From Planctomycetota bacterium (GTDB lineage Bacteria > Planctomycetota > UBA1135 > UBA2386): 64,000 nt of DNA. The position numbers were made by a program, and so were the translations under genes. The stretch spans positions 2,688,001-2,752,000 of the forward strand of contig OZ245838.1 of assembly GCA_965228735.1 (NCBI GenBank), written 5' to 3'. Under the pieces are notes generated by a model. It saw only the letters and a list, made by a program, of their open reading frames with translations. It searched no databases and was not told the origin of the DNA. Below are positions 57,321-64,000 of this stretch, in pieces. Every line of letters starts with the position of its first letter. Position 1 is the stretch's first letter.

Positions 57321-59855
57321 ATGTCGCCTCGCGCTACCGCCTCGTTGTTCGCCATCGCGATCGCCGTAACCGCGTGCAGCGGCAACGGGGACGACCCGCC
57401 GTCGGGGCCGACGCAACCTGGGCCCGGTTCCTTCCAGATCGGCATTCCGACCTTCACCGAAGGGCTCACGCGCCCGCCGTCGGGTTTCGCCGCGACGAGG
57501 TGGCCGTACGGTTGCGTGGTGGCGGACTTCGATGGCGACGGCGTGCGGGACGCGTTCGTCGTCGAACGCTTCACGCCGACCTACAGCGGTTCGGGCGCGT
57601 TCGTGTGGGGCGACGCGACCGGCAAGTACCCGCAACGCGACGTCGTGACCGAGCCCGATCTGCCGTCTGCCTGCGCGGCAGCCGATTTCGACGGGGACGG
57701 TGACGTGGACGTGGCGGTGGCGCGCAGCGGCGCGAGCACGGGCGGGTCGTGGCTGTTCGAGAACCTCGGCGATCGACGGTTCGCGATCGCGAGCGCCGGC
57801 GCGTTCGACACCGCGGAATACGCGATCGCGGCACTCGTCGCGTTCGATGCGGACGGCGACGGCGACGTCGACCTGATCGCCGGCTGCGTGGAGCCCCACT
57901 ACGGCGCCCGGTTCTTCCGGAACGACGGCACGGGCACGTTCGTCGAGGACAACACGCGCCTGCCGCCGCGGTTCCCGCCGATCTCGCGCGTCACCCACGG
58001 CGACCTCGACGACGACGGTCACGACGACCTCGTGCTGACCGGCGCGGTCTGGACCGAGATCTGGCGCAACGACGGCACCGGCCACTTCGTCGCCGTCACG
58101 CCGACCGTGCTGCCGCAGTTCGCCGGGACGGCGGCCACCGACCACGACCTGCTGGATGCCGACGGGGACGGCGACCTCGACATCGCGTTCGCCTACGGTG
58201 GACTGCTGCGCGTCCTGCTCAACGACGGCACGTTCCTCTCCGCGACGCCCGCTGTTGCCGGCGTGACGACCGTGCGGGCGGGCGACCTCGACGGCGACGG
58301 CGACGTCGACCTCGCGACGGTCGGGTCGGGCGGCCTGCGCCTGCGCCACAACAACGGCGCCGGCGCGTTCGGGAACGTCACGCCATACGTGCAGGGCATC
58401 ACCACGTTCGACGCGCAGGCGATGCTGCTCTGCACGGACCTCGACGGCAACGGCATCGCCGACCTGTTCGTCTCGAGGGGCGAACGCGGCCTGCGCGTGC
58501 TGCGCGGGATCACCGGTGCGCGCTTCGCGCCTACCCCGGAGTACGGCACCCCGCTGAACATCAACCACGTCGCGACCGGCGACGTCGACGGCGACGGCGA
58601 CGTCGACCTGATGACGATCGTCGGCTCGAGCGGGGTCGTTCGGCTGAACGACGGTGCCGCGCGGTTCACGACGGCGGGCGGATTCGCGCTGCCAGCCGGC
58701 ACGAACCATCCGTCACTCGGGGACTTCGACGGCGACGGGGTCACGGACCTCCTCACCGAGTCCGGCTGGATCCAGGGCGACGGCAGCGGGCGATTCATCG
58801 CGCCCTTCGAACCGTGGCCCGCGAACCTCGCGTCGATCCGCGAGGTCACGCTGATCGAGACCAACGGCAACGGCCGCCCCGAGGCGATCCTGTTCGGCAT
58901 CTTCGGCCTGGCCCTCGTCGAAACGGACGGCACCCGACTGTCGCTCCGCGAGATCCGCACGGTGAACGTCCGCGACGTCGTCGCCGGCGACTTCGACGGT
59001 GACGGGCTCGACGACCTCGTCGTCGGCAGCCCGTACATCCCGACGCTCTCGCTGCTGCTGGCGACCGGCGACGGCGGCTTCCGCGATGCCACCGAACGGC
59101 TGCCGAGCGGCTCGGCCACCCCGAAGCTGGCCGCCGACCTCGATGTCGACGGCGACGTGGACCTGGTCACGCCCAACACGGTTCTGATGAACGACGGCAA
59201 CGCCAGCTTCACCAGCTCACCGATCCCGTCCTTCGGCTCGCTCTACAGTCTGCGAACGCTCGGCGCGTTCGAGGGCGGCGGCCCACCTGATCTCGTCGCG
59301 GTCAGTTCGGGCATGGGCCACCATGCGATCAACAAGGAGATCGTGATCGGCCACGCGAACGGTGCGGGCGGCTACGTGCTCCATGCACCCTTCCCCACCA
59401 TCCGACCCAACCTCAGCGACCTCGAACTCGCGGACCTCGATGGCGATCGCGACCTCGACATCGTCTGGGCCCCCGGCGTATCGACGACGCGCGGCGGCAG
59501 CGTCTTCGTGAACGAACACCGCGCGCTGCGGTCGAGCGGCGTCGCCCAACGCGGGCGCCACTACGTCCTGCAGCTGCAGCAGGCGGCCGGCTACGCCACG
59601 AGCACACGCGCCGCGCTGATGACCATCGGTGTGCCCGGACCGCCCGTGCCCGTGGCGGGCGTCGGCACCCTGCACGTGACGGACGCGTTCCTCGTCGTCC
59701 CGCTCACGCTGCCGGCACCGGCCGGCCGGATCGAACTCCGCTTCCCCGTCCCAGCCGCCATCGGAGCCGGCGTCGAGATCGCGGCGCAAGCCACGTTCCT
59801 GACCGGCGACGACCCGATGGGGCTGTCGAACCCGACGATCGACGTCATCTATTGA
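57321..59855 (+). CDS. FG-GAP/VCBS repeat lipoprotein
   Basis: Signal ending VTAC; many D(F/L/V)DGDGD.D repeats. Confidence 0.9.
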   Translation: MSPRATASLFAIAIAVTACSGNGDDPPSGPTQPGPGSFQIGIPTFTEGLTRPPSGFAATRWPYGCVVADFDGDGVRDAFVVERFTPTYSGSGAFVWGDATGKYPQRDVVTEPDLPSACAAADFDGDGDVDVAVARSGASTGGSWLFENLGDRRFAIASAGAFDTAEYAIAALVAFDADGDGDVDLIAGCVEPHYGARFFRNDGTGTFVEDNTRLPPRFPPISRVTHGDLDDDGHDDLVLTGAVWTEIWRNDGTGHFVAVTPTVLPQFAGTAATDHDLLDADGDGDLDIAFAYGGLLRVLLNDGTFLSATPAVAGVTTVRAGDLDGDGDVDLATVGSGGLRLRHNNGAGAFGNVTPYVQGITTFDAQAMLLCTDLDGNGIADLFVSRGERGLRVLRGITGARFAPTPEYGTPLNINHVATGDVDGDGDVDLMTIVGSSGVVRLNDGAARFTTAGGFALPAGTNHPSLGDFDGDGVTDLLTESGWIQGDGSGRFIAPFEPWPANLASIREVTLIETNGNGRPEAILFGIFGLALVETDGTRLSLREIRTVNVRDVVAGDFDGDGLDDLVVGSPYIPTLSLLLATGDGGFRDATERLPSGSATPKLAADLDVDGDVDLVTPNTVLMNDGNASFTSSPIPSFGSLYSLRTLGAFEGGGPPDLVAVSSGMGHHAINKEIVIGHANGAGGYVLHAPFPTIRPNLSDLELADLDGDRDLDIVWAPGVSTTRGGSVFVNEHRALRSSGVAQRGRHYVLQLQQAAGYATSTRAALMTIGVPGPPVPVAGVGTLHVTDAFLVVPLTLPAPAGRIELRFPVPAAIGAGVEIAAQATFLTGDDPMGLSNPTIDVIY

Positions 59856-59866
59856 GCGTCTCCGAC

Positions 59867-62395
59867 ATGCGACTCTTCTCCTGCGGAACGATCTTGGTTC
59901 TAGGCCTCGGGCTGACCGCTTGCAGCAGTTCGGGGGAGAGGTATCCGGCGAGCACGCATCCGCATCTCGGGCAGGTGCCGTTCGCGGCCCAACCGGGGAT
60001 GCAACAGTCGGAGTTCTGGCGTCGCGCATCCGACTGCGCGCTCGCGGACTTCGACGGCGACGGGATCGGCGACGCCTATCTGCTCGGCGAAGAGCTCGCG
60101 TCCACGCCGACGCTCTACGGCGCGTTCGTCTACGGCGATCGCGTCGGACGCCACGACGACGGAAACTGGGTCGGCCGGACCTCCCGGCCGAGCGACTGCG
60201 TAGCCGCGGATTTCGACGGCGACGGCCGCATCGACGTCGCGGTCGCGCGCAGCGGCCAGAGCGACGGGCCGTCGTTCGTGTTGTTCAATCGCGGCGCGCG
60301 CCAGTATCAGGAACGCGCAGGTGGCGACTTCGGCGCGGCGGAGGTGGCGTTCACCGCCCTCGCCGCGGCTGACATCGACGGCGACGGCGATGTGGACCTC
60401 GTCGCGACTTGTGGCGCGCCCGACTCGGGCATTCGCCTCTATCGCAACGACGGAACCGGGCGGTTCGCCGATGCGAGTGCCGGACTACCCCGGCAGTCCT
60501 TCGGGTTCGCCCGACTCGTGCTCGGCGACCTCGACGGCGACCTCTTCCCCGACCTCGTCGCGACCGGCTCGGCGCGCACGATCGTGTGGCGCAACGCAGG
60601 CGACGGCACGTTCACCGACATCCCGAGCGCACTGCCGAGCAACGCAGGAGCCGGCGCTGCGGACCTCGACATCCTGCACGCCGACAGCGACGGGGCGCTC
60701 GACATCGTCCTCGCGCAGAACGACGAGGTCCGACTCTGGCACAACGTCGGCGGACTGACGTTCGCAGCGGGCACGACGGTGCCGGGCAACGGCGCGAGCG
60801 TGCGCGCCGCGGATGCGGACGGGGACGGCGACGACGATCTCGCGACGGTGCTCGATGGCACGGTGCGCGTGTTGCACGGCGACGGGACGGGGACCTTCGT
60901 CGAGGTGGCGACCGTCATCGACGACTACGGCCACGAGGACATCACGAAGATCGCCCGCTTCGCGGACCTCGACGGCAACGGCTACGCCGACCTCTTCGCG
61001 ACGGCATCCGATCTCAGGCTCTATCGCGGAACCGCCCCGAACCGTTACACGATCGACGCGCGGTCGCCGTATCTCGAGGTGCCTGGCGCCGCGGACCGCG
61101 TGGTCCTCGGCGACGTCAACGGCGATGGGTTGGACGACGCGTTGATCGGAACCTCGGCCAGCGGGGGTTACGCCTACCGGCTGCACACGAACGGCGGGCA
61201 CTTCCAGCTCCACCCCACGAGCACGACCCTGACGCTTCAAGAAGCGCGGATCGCGGACTTCGACGGCGACGGCCGCGGTGACGTGCTCTCCGACACGGGC
61301 TGGCACAAGAGCCTCGGCAACGAGATCGAGCCCCTGGCACGCCCATGGCCCGTCCCGGACGGAGTTCCCGCAGCGACACTGGACGCCGATCGCGACGGCG
61401 CCCTCGAGGTCGTGCTCGTCCTACCGTCCGAGCTGCTGCTCGTGGAGTACCGTTCCGCAGAACTCAGCGGCGTGTCGCTGTGGGCAACGCCAACGTCGGG
61501 CGTGACCGTCGGGGATCTGACCGGCGACGGGTGGGCGGACATCTTGATCCGAACCGCGGGCAACGAGCTCCGGTTGCTGCAGAACGACGGCACGGGCAGC
61601 TTCGCCGACGCCTCGTCGCGCCTCCCGGCAACATCGAGCGAGGTGATGTCCTTCGCCGTCGCGGACCTGGACGGGGACGGCGACGACGATGTCGTACTCA
61701 CGGACGAGCGGTCTCGCGTCCTGCGCTGGTGGAACGACGGCAGCAACGGCATGCGAAGCGAAGTGACCGAGACGTTCGGCGGCCGAACGATCTGGGTTGC
61801 CGTCGTCGTGGCCACGCCGTTCTCGGGCTCCGGACCGGCGGACCTCGTGCTGTCGCACACGTTCTGGTTCAGCAGCCACTCCGCCACGTCCGTCTATCGG
61901 ATGCGACACGCCAACAGGGCCGGCGGCTACGATGCAGGGGACGTGTTCTCGAGCCCGGCGCTCGGCCACACGATTCAGCTGGCGGACCTCGACGGCGACC
62001 GTGACCTCGACGTGATCGCGCAGTCCTTTGGCGTGCGCACGCTCCCCAACCACCACGTCCACCTCCACTCCACGGGCATCGCGCGCCGCGGACTCGACTA
62101 CGAACTCACGCTCCAACGCGCACCTGGCTACGCGAGCGCACCACAAGCCGCGACGATCGCGATCGGGCTGCCCGGCCCGCCGACGCTCGTGCCCGCCATC
62201 GGCACGTGGTTCGTCGGCACCACGGGGCTGCAGGTTCCGGTCGTTCTGCCCGCGGGCTCGGGCACGGCGTCCGTCCGCTTCCCCGTGCCGGCGACGCTGG
62301 CCCCCGGCGCGGAGATCGAAGCGCAGGCGATGCTGCTCGACGGCGCGAGCAACCCCGTGCGGTTCTCCAACCCGACGCGCGACCTCGTCTACTGA
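59867..62395 (+). CDS. FG-GAP/VCBS repeat lipoprotein, tandem paralog of 57321-59855
   Basis: Signal ending LTAC; DxDGDG repeats; same C-terminal domain ending SNPT.D..Y. Confidence 0.9.
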   Translation: MRLFSCGTILVLGLGLTACSSSGERYPASTHPHLGQVPFAAQPGMQQSEFWRRASDCALADFDGDGIGDAYLLGEELASTPTLYGAFVYGDRVGRHDDGNWVGRTSRPSDCVAADFDGDGRIDVAVARSGQSDGPSFVLFNRGARQYQERAGGDFGAAEVAFTALAAADIDGDGDVDLVATCGAPDSGIRLYRNDGTGRFADASAGLPRQSFGFARLVLGDLDGDLFPDLVATGSARTIVWRNAGDGTFTDIPSALPSNAGAGAADLDILHADSDGALDIVLAQNDEVRLWHNVGGLTFAAGTTVPGNGASVRAADADGDGDDDLATVLDGTVRVLHGDGTGTFVEVATVIDDYGHEDITKIARFADLDGNGYADLFATASDLRLYRGTAPNRYTIDARSPYLEVPGAADRVVLGDVNGDGLDDALIGTSASGGYAYRLHTNGGHFQLHPTSTTLTLQEARIADFDGDGRGDVLSDTGWHKSLGNEIEPLARPWPVPDGVPAATLDADRDGALEVVLVLPSELLLVEYRSAELSGVSLWATPTSGVTVGDLTGDGWADILIRTAGNELRLLQNDGTGSFADASSRLPATSSEVMSFAVADLDGDGDDDVVLTDERSRVLRWWNDGSNGMRSEVTETFGGRTIWVAVVVATPFSGSGPADLVLSHTFWFSSHSATSVYRMRHANRAGGYDAGDVFSSPALGHTIQLADLDGDRDLDVIAQSFGVRTLPNHHVHLHSTGIARRGLDYELTLQRAPGYASAPQAATIAIGLPGPPTLVPAIGTWFVGTTGLQVPVVLPAGSGTASVRFPVPATLAPGAEIEAQAMLLDGASNPVRFSNPTRDLVY

Positions 62396-62452
62396 GGACC
62401 GGGTCGACATCTACTGCGTCGACAACAGCGCGCCGCGACCTACCATCGGGCC

Positions 62453-62986
62453 ATGCACCCGTGGCACGACATCGCGTTCGACGAGACGCGCATCGCGACC
62501 GAGTTCCCCGTCGTCATCGAGGTCCCGCGCGGCAGCGTCAACAAGTACGAGCTCGACAAGGACACCGGTCTCCTGAAGCTCGACCGCGTGCTGCACAGCG
62601 CCGTGCACTACCCGGCCGATTACGGCTTCATCCCGCGGACGCTCTGCGGCGACGGTGACGCGCTCGACGTGCTCGTGCTCGGGCAGGAGCCCGTGCACCC
62701 GCTGACGCTCGTCGCGGCGCGCGCGATCGGCATGTTCAAGATGCGCGACGACGCCGGCGACGACGACAAGATCCTCGCGGTGAGCCTCGGGGATCCGGCA
62801 TGGAACCACGTGACGCATCACGACCAATGCTCACCGCACGTGATGAAGCAGGTGCAGCGCTTCTTCCTCGACTACAAGACGCTCGAGGACAAGGAGGTCG
62901 TCGTCGACCGGATGCTCGGCCCGGACGACGCGGTCCTTACGATCGAAGCGGCGCTCGCGGACTACCGGACATCGCGCGCCGGCTGA
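62453..62986 (+). CDS. ppa: Inorganic pyrophosphatase (family I)
   Basis: KYELDK, LDRVL, YGFIPRT, DGDALDVLV, DDKIL. Confidence 0.97.
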   Translation: MHPWHDIAFDETRIATEFPVVIEVPRGSVNKYELDKDTGLLKLDRVLHSAVHYPADYGFIPRTLCGDGDALDVLVLGQEPVHPLTLVAARAIGMFKMRDDAGDDDKILAVSLGDPAWNHVTHHDQCSPHVMKQVQRFFLDYKTLEDKEVVVDRMLGPDDAVLTIEAALADYRTSRAG

Positions 62987-62997
62987 TTCACAGCGCC

Positions 62998-63393
62998 TCA
63001 GCGGGACAGCCCGGCGGGCAGCACGACGGTCAGCTCCGGGAACCGCGCCTGCATGAAGCGCAGCGCGTGCACCGTGTGACAGTTCGCGACGTCGGGCACC
63101 TTCGCGGTCGGACAATTGCAGCCGAGCCAGACGTCGCCGCCCCGCGCGAGCTCGGCGAGGCGTCGGAACGGTTCGGGGTCGGCGGCGAAGCGATCGGCGA
63201 GCAACTGCTCATACGACGACGCGAACGCGCGGAACGCCGCGGCCGTCGGCTCGGCGAGCAACGCGGCCACCGCGGCGGCGTCGGGCCGCAGCACGTGCTG
63301 CGTGTGCTTGCGCGTGTCCTGGCGAATCCCGGCCGGCAGCGGATCGTCGGGCGCGCGGCGACCGCGCACGATGCGATAGCGCCCGAGCGTCAC
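62998..63393 (-). CDS. Hypothetical protein with a CxC...CH motif
   Basis: VWLGCNCP...NCHT; co-oriented with and 7 nt from the DCC gene. Confidence 0.6.
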   Translation of the reverse strand: MTLGRYRIVRGRRAPDDPLPAGIRQDTRKHTQHVLRPDAAAVAALLAEPTAAAFRAFASSYEQLLADRFAADPEPFRRLAELARGGDVWLGCNCPTAKVPDVANCHTVHALRFMQARFPELTVVLPAGLSR

Positions 63394-63400
63394 CCGCGCC

Positions 63401-63823
63401 TCACGAGGACGCCGGCCGTTCTTCGGCGTCGAGGAACCGCGCGCGGACTTCCGGCGTCGGGACCAGGCAGTTCTCGGCGCGGCCGAACCAGCGGTAGCGA
63501 CGCGCGGCGAACAGCTTGTAGAACCAATCGCGGATCACCGCCGGCACGAGCAGGAACACGCTGAACAACCACCACGGAAAACCGAGGCCGCGCGCGATGC
63601 GCAGCACAGCACCACTGCGCAGCCAGACGCGGCCAGCCGTGATCAGGATGATGGTGTCGGGGACCTCGCCCTCGAAGCCGGCCTCCGCGAGCGCCGCCTG
63701 ACCCGCCGCCGACTGCAGCGACGCGAAGCGGAAGCGCCCCCCGGGGTCCCGCTGCAGCACGAACTGCACGCTGCGGTTGCAGACGTTGCATTCGCCGTCG
63801 AACAGGATCAGGTCGGGAGTCAT
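63401..63823 (-). CDS. DCC1-like thiol-disulfide oxidoreductase (DUF393)
   Basis: LFDGECNVC, FASLQS, RDWFY...A.RRYRWFG. Confidence 0.92.
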   Translation of the reverse strand: MTPDLILFDGECNVCNRSVQFVLQRDPGGRFRFASLQSAAGQAALAEAGFEGEVPDTIILITAGRVWLRSGAVLRIARGLGFPWWLFSVFLLVPAVIRDWFYKLFAARRYRWFGRAENCLVPTPEVRARFLDAEERPASS

Positions 63824-63899
63824 CGCTATGGGAATGCTACGCCGGCGGGCGAGTTACGGTTCCGCGCCGATCGGTCCCGGAATCGGGCGCACGATCGGC

Positions 63900-64000
63900 T
63901 CACAGACCGCGCGCGGCCAGCATGGTCTCGACGTACTTGGCGAGCACGTCGACCTCGACGTTGACCTTCGCACCGACCGGAAGCTGCCCTATCGTCGTGA
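63900..64000 (-). CDS. ribE: Riboflavin synthase alpha chain, 3' end (partial)
   Basis: Minus strand reads TTIGQLPVGAKVNVEVDVLAKYVETMLAARGL-stop. Confidence 0.85.
   Translation of the reverse strand, partial: TTIGQLPVGAKVNVEVDVLAKYVETMLAARGL

Noticed and set aside
55149..58709. 1186-aa minus-strand ORF
   Set aside because: Antisense to the sulfatase and FG-GAP genes; no recognisable motifs.

Overview
High-GC bacterial chromosomal window, most likely Planctomycetota (inferred from EF-Tu and RpoB sequence signatures, the sulfatase and the FG-GAP/Ig-like lipoproteins). From left to right: (1) prepilin peptidase downstream of four co-oriented large lipoproteins with Ig-like and Gly-rich domains (1.3-15.5 kb); (2) a PyrB with fused C-terminal domains, a short MnmE-like GTPase, coaX and a PDZ protein; (3) the core cluster tRNA-Thr/Tyr/Gly/Thr-tuf-tRNA-Trp-secE-nusG-[insert]-rplKAJL-rpoBC-rpsLG, with no fusA or rpmG; (4) aroC, a receiver protein, mutS2, a cystathionine lyase/synthase, HU/IHF, an LPS-kinase-like gene and two lipoproteins; (5) an apparently full-length group II intron (46340-48331, minus strand) just downstream of trpS; (6) an MlaE/F/D (MCE) operon headed by a Trp-Pro-repeat lipoprotein, then a membrane protein, an arylsulfatase, two FG-GAP lipoproteins, ppa, two small genes and the 3' end of riboflavin synthase. 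Best finding: the intron sits inside one arm of a dispersed palindromic REP/REPIN-like element. Its EBS1 and EBS2 are perfectly complementary to the conserved arm sequence, and empty target sites of the same element occur elsewhere in the window, which suggests a retroelement that homes into a multicopy repeat family.
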